A stretch of 64,000 bases of DNA from Lachnospiraceae bacterium. Its GTDB lineage: Bacteria; Bacillota; Clostridia; Lachnospirales; Lachnospiraceae. The DNA is taken from contig JAUNWX010000008.1 of assembly GCA_030540075.1 (NCBI GenBank), positions 8,638 to 72,637 of the forward strand, given 5' to 3'. Positions 28,344 to 38,467 of this stretch are shown here, in pieces (position 1 is the first letter of the stretch; the number at the start of each line of letters is the position of its first letter). Below the pieces are notes generated by a model, which had not been told where the DNA came from, searched no databases, and saw only the letters and a program-made list of their open reading frames with translations. Position numbers and translations under genes: made by a program.

Positions 28344-30863
28344 TTACGACTGGGTGCCGGCGTCGGGGCCGTCCCAGACGATGCCTTTCAGGAGGGCGTA
28401 GTGCATGGGTTCGCCGACCTGTTCCTGGGTGAGGTCCTTCAGGGCGAAATTGGCCTTGCGGAAGGTGAGGGCCGGGCTGTAGTACGGGTCGCCGTCGCGG
28501 AGGATGTCCTTCCAGGTGGTGCCGAAGGTGAGGATTTCGGAGTGGAAGCGGGCGAGCTTCTCCGGAGTGTCTTCCATGCCGCGGGACTTCGATTCGTAGT
28601 GGTAGAACTTCGCGTACGGGTTATACACGACGAGCTTTCCGAGAGCGCGGACCTTCATGCAGTAGTCGACGTCGTTGAAGGCGACGGCGAGCTTCTCGGT
28701 GAAGCCGCCGACTGCGTCGAAGAGGCTCCGCTTCGTAAGGAGGCAGGCTGCGGTGACGCAGGAGTAGTCCTGGATGCACTTCGCACGGTGCATGTAGCTG
28801 AGATCCGAGTCGTGGATGCGCACGAAGGCTGCACCGGCGATACCGCCCATGCCCATGATGACGCCGGCGTGCTGGATGTCTTCGTCCGGGTACAGGAGGC
28901 GTGCACCGCAGATGCCAACGTCTTCGCGCTGTACGTAGCCGATCATTTCATCGATGGAATCCGGGTCGATCTCCTCGATGTCGTTGTTCAGGAAGAGCAG
29001 GTACTGACCGTGCGTGAACTGAACGCCGTAGTTGTTGATTGCGGAGTAGTTGAACGGGCCGTCCCACTTCACGACCTTCACATTTGAGAATCGTTTCGGA
29101 AGCTCTTCATAGTACTTCCAGGTTTCTGCCTGATCCGAGTTGTTCTCGACGATGATGAACTCGAGGTTTTTATAGTTTCCGGCACTCAGTGAACTGATGG
29201 CCTTGTCGAGGTCGGCAGTGTGGTCCTTATTCGGGATCACGACGGAGATCAGCGGCTGCTGATTTTCGTAGATCGGGTGGTAGAAGCCGTAGGTGATGCC
29301 CTGCTCGACCTTCTGAATCGGGAGGCCGATGCGCTTGCAGTGGTCGTACACGGCGCGGGCGCCGGCCTCGAAGGCGTAAAGCTTCGCTTCCGGGTGTTGC
29401 GCGGTGGACGCCTGGTGCGCGCGCCAGTGGTACAGCACCATCGGGATGTGGATGATGTTGCTGCTGGTGAAGCGGCCCTGGCGGAGGAGCGCCTGGTCAA
29501 GCGGGTTCAGCGCAGCAGCGATGGCCGGCTGTGGACTCATCTTTGTAGCCGAAATCTGGCCAACGACGCCAACCGTAGTCGAAGCAGCGGTGCCGCTCTG
29601 CTGCGCGCTCGTGACTGCGTTCGCGTGGGAAGCATTGGCGCAGGAAGCTAGACGGGCACGCTCCATCGCCTGGGCTTTCTCGGTGGCGCGGAGGATAAGG
29701 TCGTAGTCCTGGGCACCGTCGTAGGCGCTGCGCTCGTAGATCTTCCGGCCGTCGGCGTCGGTCTCGGCGATGGCGTCGAGGAGGCTGCGGCGGGCGACGA
29801 AGAGATGGCAGATGTAGTTCACGGAGCGGAGCAGGTCCGGGTTGAAGTCGGTCTTGAAGTGCGGCTCGAAGTAGTAGATGTCCTCGAAGTCAACCTTGTC
29901 CTCGTCGGAATAGAGGACCTGGACGTCCGGGTGGGCATTGATCGCGCGGACGCACTCATAGAGGGCCTGCGGCTCGAGCTCGTCGTCGTGGTCGGCGAGG
30001 ACGATGAAGTCGCCGGTCGCCATGCGGATCGCGGCGTTGGTGTTCTCCGCGATGCCGAGGTTCTCCGCGAGGGTCTCATAGCGGAAGCGGCTGTCTGCGG
30101 CGGCGTACTCGGCGAGGACCTCCTGCGGTGTCCGGCCCTGCGCCGGGTCGTGTTGGATCTTCGCATACGGGGTCGCATCCACGAGGCAGACCTCGAACTT
30201 CGGGTAGGTCTGCTCGCGAATCGAGTCGAGCATGCGGCGGAGGAACTTCTCCGGGGTCGCGTAGACCGGGATCACGATGGAGAAGGTCGGCTGCTGTGCG
30301 AAATCGCCGGCACTCTCCCGCTGCTCGGCGAGCGCCTCGTCGCTGATGCGAACCTTCTTATACCACTCGTTGTAGTCGTAGTCGTCCTGGATGTTCTGGA
30401 TCTTGTGGACGGACTTCTTAAAGAGGGCGCGGAGGCCGTGCTTCTGGAAGTACTCCCAGGCCACCTCGACGGTCTCCCAGTGGAACAGGGCGAGGAGCTT
30501 CTCGCGTTTCCGGTGGGCGACGGAGTTGAACTCCTCGAGGATGTGGTCGGTGAACTTCACGCGCTTCGTCTGGCCGTCGGCCTGGAGCACGAGGATGCGG
30601 GTCTCGCCCTGTGCGTACGGGGTGTGGACGTCGAAGCCGAGGTCGCGCTGGAGCGCCCCGTGCGCCTTCACATAATCGCCGAAAAAGGCGCTGACCACCT
30701 CATCGCGGCGTACAGAGGACACGGTCGTGCCCGGGACAGGGTTGCCTGCCTGATCCACGACCGTGAACTTCACTTCTTCTTCTGGATTTGAGCCGAAGGC
30801 CCAGCCCTGGAGCATGAGTTCGCCCTCACGCGCCAGCGCGATATCTACTTTAAATCGTAACAT
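28344..30863 (-). CDS. Two-domain GT2 glycosyltransferase (rhamnan/O-glycan synthase type) with Ala-rich insertion
   Basis: FSIVIPVY, LADHDDEL, YSDEDK, DGAQDYD, HIPMVLYHWR; second domain ISVVIPNKDH, FNYSAINN, LFLNND, AFNDVDYC, HYESKSRG. Confidence 0.88.
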   Translation of the reverse strand: MLRFKVDIALAREGELMLQGWAFGSNPEEEVKFTVVDQAGNPVPGTTVSSVRRDEVVSAFFGDYVKAHGALQRDLGFDVHTPYAQGETRILVLQADGQTKRVKFTDHILEEFNSVAHRKREKLLALFHWETVEVAWEYFQKHGLRALFKKSVHKIQNIQDDYDYNEWYKKVRISDEALAEQRESAGDFAQQPTFSIVIPVYATPEKFLRRMLDSIREQTYPKFEVCLVDATPYAKIQHDPAQGRTPQEVLAEYAAADSRFRYETLAENLGIAENTNAAIRMATGDFIVLADHDDELEPQALYECVRAINAHPDVQVLYSDEDKVDFEDIYYFEPHFKTDFNPDLLRSVNYICHLFVARRSLLDAIAETDADGRKIYERSAYDGAQDYDLILRATEKAQAMERARLASCANASHANAVTSAQQSGTAASTTVGVVGQISATKMSPQPAIAAALNPLDQALLRQGRFTSSNIIHIPMVLYHWRAHQASTAQHPEAKLYAFEAGARAVYDHCKRIGLPIQKVEQGITYGFYHPIYENQQPLISVVIPNKDHTADLDKAISSLSAGNYKNLEFIIVENNSDQAETWKYYEELPKRFSNVKVVKWDGPFNYSAINNYGVQFTHGQYLLFLNNDIEEIDPDSIDEMIGYVQREDVGICGARLLYPDEDIQHAGVIMGMGGIAGAAFVRIHDSDLSYMHRAKCIQDYSCVTAACLLTKRSLFDAVGGFTEKLAVAFNDVDYCMKVRALGKLVVYNPYAKFYHYESKSRGMEDTPEKLARFHSEILTFGTTWKDILRDGDPYYSPALTFRKANFALKDLTQEQVGEPMHYALLKGIVWDGPDAGTQS

Positions 30864-30973
30864 GATATTTCCTTTATATGAGCCGGCGACGCTGCGTCGG
30901 CTTCGTTCAATGCCGTCGGGCGGCAGGCAGATGGCAGTTCTTCACTGTCCCGGCAGCGGAGCCGAGGGCTGCA

Positions 30974-31987
30974 TCAACTGAGCGGGTGGTCCGTTCTCTC
31001 AGCATTGGCCTCGGTACGGGAGGCGTCGGCCATGCCGCCGATCATCGCGTCCTCCGGGAAGTTCAGGCGCTCCTCTTCGACGACGAGCGGGCGACGCATG
31101 ACGCGCTGGTTGATGCTCAGGATGTACTCGCCGAGCAGGCCGATGAAGAATATCTGCACGGAGCCGAGGAAGAGCATGCCGATGAGCATCGGGGCCATGC
31201 CGGCCGGGAAGCGATCCCACCAGATGAGCTTCATGACGAGGTAAATGATGGCGATCAGCATACTGATGGCGCTGCAGACGGCACCGAAGAACACGGCCAT
31301 ACGGAGGCCGACCTTCGTGTAGCTCGTGAAGCCGAGCATCGCGGCGTCGTACAGGGTGTAGAGGTTGTTGTGCGTGATGCCGGCGCGGCGCTTCGGCTGG
31401 GTGTACGGAATTTCCTTCCGGTGGAAGCCGAGCTCGGCGACGATGCCACGCAGGAACGGCGTCGGATCATTGAGCTGACGCATGACGTCGATGAAGGCGT
31501 GGTCGTAGAGGCCGAAGCCGGTGAACTGCGCGATCTGGTCGACGGAGGACATCTTCTGGATGAGCTTGTAGTAGAGGCCGCGGAGGGCGTACATGAGCGG
31601 ATTTTCCTTCGAGTGGGTCTTCACGCCGATGGCGATCTTGTAGCCCTCCTCCCAGGCCGCGACGAACTGCGGGATCATCTCGACCGGGTCCTGGAAGTCG
31701 GCGGCCATGAGGATCGTGGCATCACCGGTGGACTGCAGCATCGCGTAGTACGGGCTGTTGAACTGTCCGAAGTTCTTCGCATTGAAGATGGCCTTCACCT
31801 GCGGGTCCTGCGCACAGAGGCCGCGGATCAGCGCGCGCGTCTCGTCGTGGGAATCGTTGTCGATGTAGAGGAGCTCGTAGCGGTACTGCGGGAGCTCGGA
31901 AGCGAACATGCTCCGAAGGGCCTCGTAGAGCGGAACGACATTCTCCTGCTCGTTATAGCATGGAATCACAATGCTGATGGTTTTCAA
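30974..31987 (-). CDS. GtrB/CsbB-like polyprenyl-phosphate glycosyltransferase (GT2 with two C-terminal TMs)
   Basis: ISIVIPCYNE, IDNDSHD, NAKNFGQ, MAADFQDP, PFLRGIV; TTG start after AGGAG. Confidence 0.85.
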   Translation of the reverse strand: MKTISIVIPCYNEQENVVPLYEALRSMFASELPQYRYELLYIDNDSHDETRALIRGLCAQDPQVKAIFNAKNFGQFNSPYYAMLQSTGDATILMAADFQDPVEMIPQFVAAWEEGYKIAIGVKTHSKENPLMYALRGLYYKLIQKMSSVDQIAQFTGFGLYDHAFIDVMRQLNDPTPFLRGIVAELGFHRKEIPYTQPKRRAGITHNNLYTLYDAAMLGFTSYTKVGLRMAVFFGAVCSAISMLIAIIYLVMKLIWWDRFPAGMAPMLIGMLFLGSVQIFFIGLLGEYILSINQRVMRRPLVVEEERLNFPEDAMIGGMADASRTEANAERTDHPLS

Positions 31988-32114
31988 AATGGTATCTCCT
32001 AACGTGAGAGTGATCAGTGTGGGCACGCGGGCCCGAATCTTATCTATATTACACTCTATGGGAGGAGGTGGCAAGATTTGGGGAGGGATTTATATTCCGG
32101 GGATTTTCAGAAAA

Positions 32115-32143
32115 CAACCGGGGCGAAGAAATCACCCCGGTTG
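32115..32143 (-). terminator. Rho-independent terminator after the AlbA_2 ATPase gene
   Basis: CAACCGGGG...CCCCGGTTG followed by TTTTCT on the minus strand. Confidence 0.65.
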
Positions 32144-32153
32144 AACGCTTAAC

Positions 32154-33617
32154 TTACTGTTTTTGATTACATCTCACATATTTCTGGTCGTGGCTTCTCG
32201 GTTTTTCCGGAATCGTAAGTCGCACCAGTCCTTTTTTTACGAGCGGATAGATGTAGGTCTGCATCGCATACGTAACGGTTTTCAGCCCCAGAAATTCTGC
32301 GATTTCATCTTTACTTCTCGGCACGCTTAAATAATCCATAAGGGAGGCATCGGTTTCCCGGGACTTAAAATCCTGTTCTTTCGAACCATCGTTAGAACGA
32401 TCGTTATACAGTATAACCGTAAATGTTCCGCGCTCGTCTAAGAATACCGGTTCATCCAGTCCATACTTTTCCATCGTCTTTCGAATCGTCGGTATTCCAG
32501 AATATCGATTCTCCGTCAAACCCAGGATTTCCATCGCATTGACGAGTACCGGATTTCTCGTATCCGGCTGCTTTTTTCCAAGCTGATCCAGGCGAAGTCT
32601 TCCATAAATCCCGCCCGGATTACTTATTTCAATTCGATCCGGGAACATCTTTATCTGAATCGGCATGCCCTCCGTGTGAATACTGTAGTCTCTATGCACG
32701 AGCGTATTCAGGATCGCCTCTCTGATCGCCGTAACAGGGTATTCGGTTCGGTCCTCCCGCTTTCCTGTAGAAGGATCAATGATCGTCTTCGTCCGCATAT
32801 TTTTACGCACAAACGCAATCGCCTGGTCAAGCATCTCCGGAATCGTGCCCTCTATTCTCTGATTATCGATAAATCGTTCACCCGTTTCCCCGAGTTCACC
32901 GATTTCATCCCCCGGCACGACGACAGCCGTGATACAAAGCTGTGGGAAGAACGCCTGTGGGTATCTGCAAAAAAGCAAAACGGCGCTTAACGTAAGCTCT
33001 TCACTTCTCGTCAGGCTCATAAGCTCATAGATCGTCTTATCCGGAAGTTCACTTAAATTTTTCTTTTCTTCTTTGAGTTTATCAATGTATGCGCCCAGCA
33101 ATGCACCATCGATCACGTCAAAGGATGCTCTCGGAACACTGCGTATGTCATCCTGATACTTCTTTCTGAAGGACTCATAGCTGTAGATTTCATATTCTGT
33201 CATCGGTTCATCGCTGTCACCCACCCGGATATACGAGCCTTTGAGACGTCCGCTCCCCTTGTAATAGCAAGGGCGATCTGCAAGATCTATACCCGGTATC
33301 TCCGCCGATACGAAAAACTTCCCTTCCTTCTCAGCCACTGTAAGAAGTGGTCTGACCGCCGGTTCCATCTGAAGGCACTGATTATTGATCTGCTTCTGAA
33401 TGTCCTGCGCATCATAAACGCCACATTCTTCGAAGTCATGCTCTTCATCCACGCCAAAAATGATTACACCACCATCATCCTGATTCGAAAAGCTCGACAA
33501 AGAATCATAGAGACGCTTCGGACACCCCTGCTTCGCAGCTTTCAGTTCAAGTGTTTGCGTTTCATATTTGCTTTTCTGAATAAGTTCAAGTTTTTCCAGC
33601 AGTTCTTCACTTGTCAT
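32154..33617 (-). CDS. AlbA_2 (Schlafen-like) + HATPase_c_4 protein with C-terminal HTH
   Basis: LELKAA, SSFSNQDDGGVIIFGVDE, YIRVGDSD, EYPVTAIREAILNTLVHRDYS, IEISNPGG, RNPVL, EKPRSHDQKY. Confidence 0.85.
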   Translation of the reverse strand: MTSEELLEKLELIQKSKYETQTLELKAAKQGCPKRLYDSLSSFSNQDDGGVIIFGVDEEHDFEECGVYDAQDIQKQINNQCLQMEPAVRPLLTVAEKEGKFFVSAEIPGIDLADRPCYYKGSGRLKGSYIRVGDSDEPMTEYEIYSYESFRKKYQDDIRSVPRASFDVIDGALLGAYIDKLKEEKKNLSELPDKTIYELMSLTRSEELTLSAVLLFCRYPQAFFPQLCITAVVVPGDEIGELGETGERFIDNQRIEGTIPEMLDQAIAFVRKNMRTKTIIDPSTGKREDRTEYPVTAIREAILNTLVHRDYSIHTEGMPIQIKMFPDRIEISNPGGIYGRLRLDQLGKKQPDTRNPVLVNAMEILGLTENRYSGIPTIRKTMEKYGLDEPVFLDERGTFTVILYNDRSNDGSKEQDFKSRETDASLMDYLSVPRSKDEIAEFLGLKTVTYAMQTYIYPLVKKGLVRLTIPEKPRSHDQKYVRCNQKQ

Positions 33618-33881
33618 TTCGCTTTTCCTTTCTGTTTTTCAAATTCCAATTTATATTTTATACTTTGATTTATGTTTTCTCAAGTTGTAATTTGTACTTT
33701 TGCGCTACAAATTTGTACTTTTGATGAATATTTGCTTTTTTGTCCTTGATATTTGCCTTTTTATTTTAAAATTTTCATTTTTGTTTTCACTCTTCCAGTT
33801 TTATTTACCTTTTTGATTTTACATTTCATGTTTTCTATTTTAGTTTTGTCTGCATAGAATGGCACTAAAAAAGGCACAAAA

Positions 33882-33907
33882 ATAACCGCCCGGAACCTGG
33901 CGGTTAT
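33882..33907 (-). terminator. Rho-independent terminator after the sugar-biosynthesis operon
   Basis: ATAACCGCC...GGCGGTTAT followed by TTTTG on the minus strand. Confidence 0.65.
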
Positions 33908-34018
33908 CTTCGTAACCAATAAAATGCAGGGCCAACCGTCGATCGGCAGCACTCTTATCATTATAGTAACATCTTTCGTCGCCCACTGCGCCTTGTATTT
34001 TTACAGCAATCTTGACAC

Positions 34019-35506
34019 TTAGATTTTCACAGCGATTTTGATGGCTTTTCGTTCTTTCATGTCGTCGATGGCCTGGGCGATCTGGTCAAGGCCGTCGTAG
34101 TGCTCCGTGATGAAGATCGACGGGTGCACGCCGCTCTCCTGCACGATCTGCATCACGCGTTCGAGGTTCTGGCGTCCGCCACGGCTCAAGGAAAACTTCA
34201 GGGTTTTTCCGGCCATGCCGCGGCCGATGGAGAACTTCGGAATCTGGATGCAGTCGATGTTGTCGTTCAGCGTCACGGTGTGCGCTTTCCTGAGCACGTC
34301 GCCCGGCACAGCGAACGTCGGCTTCGATGATGCGCTGCCGGTCGTGCTGAGCGTGCTGGTCGGCTGCGCGCCAGCGGTCGAGCCGAGCGTGCTGGTCGGC
34401 TGCGCGCCTGCTGCCGATGCAGAGGCGGTCGTGCGGTCGACGTTTATGTCGCCGGTGGCCTGTGCTTCTGCTTCGACAGCTGCGTCGGTGCTGGTGAGGT
34501 AGGTTTCGGCGCTGTTCATGGCTTCGAGGGTTTTCAGCTCGCCGCCCTGGGTGTCGAGGTCGGCGCCGTAGTACATGACGTTCGAGACGACGCCGGTGCC
34601 GTACTGCACCATGTCGATGGCCTGCGGGAAGGCGAGGTCATCGCCGCCGCAGATAAGCACCTTATCCGCACCCTTCGTCTGTGTCTTCGTGAGGACGTAG
34701 TTCACGACGGGAGAGCCGGTGGAGTTCGCGAGCGGATGCATCCCCTGCGGGAGCGGACAATGCAGGTGGCGGTAGTTCAGCACTTCGACGTGACAGCCTG
34801 ACTGCGCAGGGGCCTGCTCCCGACCTCCGCCCGATGCTGCGGAAGCGCAGTCGGACGACATCGCCAGACCGAAGTCGCTCATGGATTCCGCGATGCGGAC
34901 GTTTTCCGGGCGGGAGCCGACGGCGTAGATCGTGCGGGCGCCGGCGAGCTTCGCGCCGAGGATGGCGGCGAGGCCGATGGCCCCGATGCCCATCACGACG
35001 ACGGTGTCGCCCGGCTTGACGCCGGCCTCTTCGACCGCGGTGAAGCCGGTCTGGAGAACGTCGACGCACATGAGCGCGTCCTCGAGCGTGAGGCCGTCTG
35101 GGATGCGTGCGAGGTTGCGGTCCGCGTACGGAAGATAGAACAGCTCCTGGAAGGCACCGTCGATGGTGTTTCCGAGCATGTGGGCGCTGAAATTATGGCC
35201 CGCATGCGCGTAGTTCTCTTCGACGTCCGGCTGGCTCCAGTCCGGGGTGATCGCCGATACGGCCACGACATCGCCGACACGAAAATCCGTCACCTCTGCG
35301 CCGACTTCCTCAACGCGGGCGATGACCTCATGGCCGAGCGTCAGGTCCGGGCGCTTCGGACTGCCCTGCCAGATCGTGTGGACGTCCGAGGTGCATGGCG
35401 AGACAAGCAGCGGCTTCAGCAGCGCACCATGCGCGGCCGCCAGCGTCGGACGATTCTTCTCGATGTAGGCGATATTTCCTTTTCCCTTTAAAACAAGAGC
35501 TTTCAT
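34019..35506 (-). CDS. Zn-dependent medium-chain alcohol dehydrogenase with low-complexity insertions
   Basis: SPCTSDVH, LGHE, DVLQTG, VMGIGAIGL; start at MKALVLKG. Confidence 0.85.
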   Translation of the reverse strand: MKALVLKGKGNIAYIEKNRPTLAAAHGALLKPLLVSPCTSDVHTIWQGSPKRPDLTLGHEVIARVEEVGAEVTDFRVGDVVAVSAITPDWSQPDVEENYAHAGHNFSAHMLGNTIDGAFQELFYLPYADRNLARIPDGLTLEDALMCVDVLQTGFTAVEEAGVKPGDTVVVMGIGAIGLAAILGAKLAGARTIYAVGSRPENVRIAESMSDFGLAMSSDCASAASGGGREQAPAQSGCHVEVLNYRHLHCPLPQGMHPLANSTGSPVVNYVLTKTQTKGADKVLICGGDDLAFPQAIDMVQYGTGVVSNVMYYGADLDTQGGELKTLEAMNSAETYLTSTDAAVEAEAQATGDINVDRTTASASAAGAQPTSTLGSTAGAQPTSTLSTTGSASSKPTFAVPGDVLRKAHTVTLNDNIDCIQIPKFSIGRGMAGKTLKFSLSRGGRQNLERVMQIVQESGVHPSIFITEHYDGLDQIAQAIDDMKERKAIKIAVKI

Positions 35507-35519
35507 AATACAGTTCCTT

Positions 35520-36782
35520 TTACTGGTACTCCTCAATCCGGTCTGTGCGGAGCACGAGGATGCGGACGTTTTCGTCGAAGCGTTCGCGGATGATGCCGGC
35601 GATTTCGTCAGTGTAGCCCGGGGCGACGATGAGGATTTCATCGACTGGGTGGGCGACGGCGTAGTCCGGGGCCACGATCGGGATGTGGGAGGCCGGCGAG
35701 AAGCGGCCCTGCTTGAACGGGGCGGAGTCGATGATGTACTCTACTCTTCCGCCGAGCTTCGTGGTGGCGGCGAGGGTGAAGCCCTGGTGGCTCGCACCCC
35801 AGATGGCCATGGTCCGATGACTCTCCGAGAGGTGGTCGATGTGTGCATTGACCGAAGCAGAGAGACGGTCGTAGCTGTTGCGCAGGGCGGACACGTCGAT
35901 GAGGCGGCCGCTGTAATGGAGCTCGCTGAGCTCGTCCGGGTCGGCCTTCCGCACGATGGCCTCGATCGTGTCACGGTTCACGAGGTCCATGCTGAGGAGC
36001 TCGAAGCCGCAGTCCTGCAGGAGCTTCTGGAGCGTGAACTCGGTGTAGTTCGCGATGTGGTCGCGGAGCAGCTCGTAGTAGCCGTTGTAGCGGAGGATGT
36101 ACTCAAAGCTCGGGACGGTGATGAGGCCGAGGGCCTGTGGCTTCAGGTTGTGCCATATGTTCCGGAGCATGTCGCACGGATCCGGCTGATGCTCGAGGAA
36201 GTTGAACTGCACGAAGGCGTCGAACGGGCCCTCCGGGTAGCGCACGTCGCCGGTCGCGAAGCCCTCGTAGACGCGATACTTTTTATCGGCAGAGGCATTG
36301 GCCTCCGCAACGAGCGACGCCTTATGCTCGATGCCGACAAGGTGGAGCGGGGCGGCGTTCGGCTGACCGGACAGCGGGTCACGCTCCTGATCGCGGGCGA
36401 GCGCAGCGGCACCTTCCGGGTCCTCGGCGAGATTCTGCCACATGCGAAGGAACTCACCGCGGCCACAGCCGACTTCCACGATACGGCGACCGCGGATGTG
36501 CTGCTCCTGCATGGCGGTGAGGAGGCGCGCGTACTCCTCGTGGCGGAGGCGCGTCATGGTGCGGGTGCCACCGCCGGCGCGGATGACGTCACGGTAATAG
36601 TCGACCGGCTCGGTGTCAAACTGGACGAGGCCACAGGACGGGCACTGGCAGAGCGTGAGGCTCAGCGGATGGTCCTCCGCGAGCTCCGACGCCGCCGGGA
36701 TGTTCTGCGCACTCGCCGGCATGTCATCGAGGGTCATCAGCGGCGACAGCGCGTGGCCGCAGGCGATACAGGTCATGTTCAT
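35520..36782 (-). CDS. NDP-sugar C-methyltransferase-like protein (Zn-binding N-terminus, class I SAM domain, C-terminal domain)
   Basis: CIACG...CQCPSCGLVQ, VEVGCGRGEFL, FNFLEH, YYELLRDH, AIWGASHQG, IIDSAPFKQG. Confidence 0.78.
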   Translation of the reverse strand: MNMTCIACGHALSPLMTLDDMPASAQNIPAASELAEDHPLSLTLCQCPSCGLVQFDTEPVDYYRDVIRAGGGTRTMTRLRHEEYARLLTAMQEQHIRGRRIVEVGCGRGEFLRMWQNLAEDPEGAAALARDQERDPLSGQPNAAPLHLVGIEHKASLVAEANASADKKYRVYEGFATGDVRYPEGPFDAFVQFNFLEHQPDPCDMLRNIWHNLKPQALGLITVPSFEYILRYNGYYELLRDHIANYTEFTLQKLLQDCGFELLSMDLVNRDTIEAIVRKADPDELSELHYSGRLIDVSALRNSYDRLSASVNAHIDHLSESHRTMAIWGASHQGFTLAATTKLGGRVEYIIDSAPFKQGRFSPASHIPIVAPDYAVAHPVDEILIVAPGYTDEIAGIIRERFDENVRILVLRTDRIEEYQ

Positions 36783-36947
36783 ATATAAATCCTTTCGTCG
36801 GTCATAAAGTAGATCAAGCGCAGCCAGACGCTGCTCGTCTAACTCCACCATCCTTTCGACAGCTATGAAGTAGATTCTTCGATCTGCTTTGCCGTCTTAT
36901 ATTTCCAGCATCAGATAAATTTTAAAAGCTGATGCAGCATCCGCGGC

Positions 36948-38078
36948 TCATGATGCTGTGCCTTTTTCCCGCATCGTCTTCAGGAGCATGCCGATGCCGG
37001 CTTCAAAGGAGATTTCCTGGTGGAAGCCGAGGCGCTGGAGCTTGAGGATCTCCGGCGACATATTCGCGGCGCCCTCTGCATTGTTCGCGCGTGTACCGAA
37101 GCGGAGCTCCGCGCCATCCCCCGCGATGGCATTCATCGCGATGACGTACTTTTTCAGCATGCGCGAGTCGGAGCCGGCGATGTCGTAGATGCCGGTGCGG
37201 GTGTCCTCAGAGCGGAGCAGGATGCGGATCGCGCGGGCGAGGTCGTGGACCTCGAGGTAGTTCCAGCGCTGCTCGCACGGGCCGAGGGTGATGGCTTCGT
37301 GGCGAAGGGCGGCGCGAAGCACGGTGTTCACGAGGCTCGTTTCATGGTCGCCGCTGCCGTACACGCTGTAGATGCGCATGTGGATGAACTGCATCGGCGC
37401 ATCGTCGTAGATTTCCGAGAGGAGACTCTGTTCGGTCGCCCAGCGGCCGAAACTGAGCTTCGCCTTTCCGTACGGACTCACCGGCATAGGCACGCGGTGA
37501 TTGCCGCTGCCGTACTCTGCCTGGGAGCCGGCGAAGAGGAACTTCCGCGCACCGAGCAGCTTCGCGTAGAGGTAGGCCTTCTTCGCGTTCTGGATGTTCT
37601 CGATCTGGATGTTCGTGTCGCTGCGGCCCGCGGAGCCGACGCCGTCCCACGCGAAGTGGACCCACGCATCGATGAGGGGCGCGGTGTCGTCGGCCAATGC
37701 AGGCGACGGCAGGCAGGTGGCCGTCTGCTGTGCGGCAACGACAGGCGCTGCGCTGTGCGCAGGGTCCGCCGCGACCTGCATGGCTGCTGCCGTGCCGGAA
37801 TGACCGGCAGGCTCGGCGCTGCGAGCAGGGGCCGCTGCGCCATCGAGGCCCATCACCTCCGCGTAGTGCGCTTCGCCGAGCTCGGCTTCCGGCAGCTCAC
37901 TCAGGTCGACGCGGACGGTCCGGTACGTCGGGTACGCGCTGATGCCATGCGCATCGAGCTCCTGTGCGCGCCGGCTGCCCGGGCGCATCGCGCCGATGAC
38001 CTCATGGCCCTCCTGAAGCAGAAGCTTCGCCGTATATAAGCCTAAAAAACTGGTGATGCCAGTGATCAGCACTCGCAC
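36948..38078 (-). CDS. NAD(P)-dependent epimerase/dehydratase/reductase (extended SDR)
   Basis: VLITGITSFLG, HFAWDG, AGSQAEYG, YGKAK, RIYSVYG, WNYLEVHD; GTG start after AAGGAG. Confidence 0.85.
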   Translation of the reverse strand: MRVLITGITSFLGLYTAKLLLQEGHEVIGAMRPGSRRAQELDAHGISAYPTYRTVRVDLSELPEAELGEAHYAEVMGLDGAAAPARSAEPAGHSGTAAAMQVAADPAHSAAPVVAAQQTATCLPSPALADDTAPLIDAWVHFAWDGVGSAGRSDTNIQIENIQNAKKAYLYAKLLGARKFLFAGSQAEYGSGNHRVPMPVSPYGKAKLSFGRWATEQSLLSEIYDDAPMQFIHMRIYSVYGSGDHETSLVNTVLRAALRHEAITLGPCEQRWNYLEVHDLARAIRILLRSEDTRTGIYDIAGSDSRMLKKYVIAMNAIAGDGAELRFGTRANNAEGAANMSPEILKLQRLGFHQEISFEAGIGMLLKTMREKGTAS

Positions 38079-38140
38079 GATATTCACTCCTTCTTACTTC
38101 TCTCCTGGTTTTTCGCAAAACCAGGAGAATTCTGATTTCT

Positions 38141-38390
38141 GCATTGCTGCGTTTCACAAAATGCCAAATCCGAAGAATTCAGCATTGCCGTTTTTTGACA
38201 GAATCAAGCTTTTCTGAAATCTTACATTACTGGTTTTTTCGCAATATCGCGGTTTGAATAAAATCAGCATTACAAAATAACACAATCAGACCTTGTTTCT
38301 GAAAACAGCATTACAAACTGGCAATGCTGTTTCTCGCAAAACCCTGCATTTGTCAACCGAAGGACATTTTCCTCCCAAAATCTAATGTCA
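38141..38390. repeat. Degenerate ~42-bp-period array with RCATTRC cores
   Basis: Cores at 38141, 38182, 38224, 38267, 38308 (spacing 41/42/43/41), inverted GCAATGC at 38321 and TAATGTCA at 38383. Confidence 0.7.
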
Positions 38391-38467
38391 ATCCAGTCGA
38401 ACTCACTCATTTGCCAACGCGCGAGACGATCGCCTCAACCAAGATGTCGGAAAAGGCGGCAGCCCAC

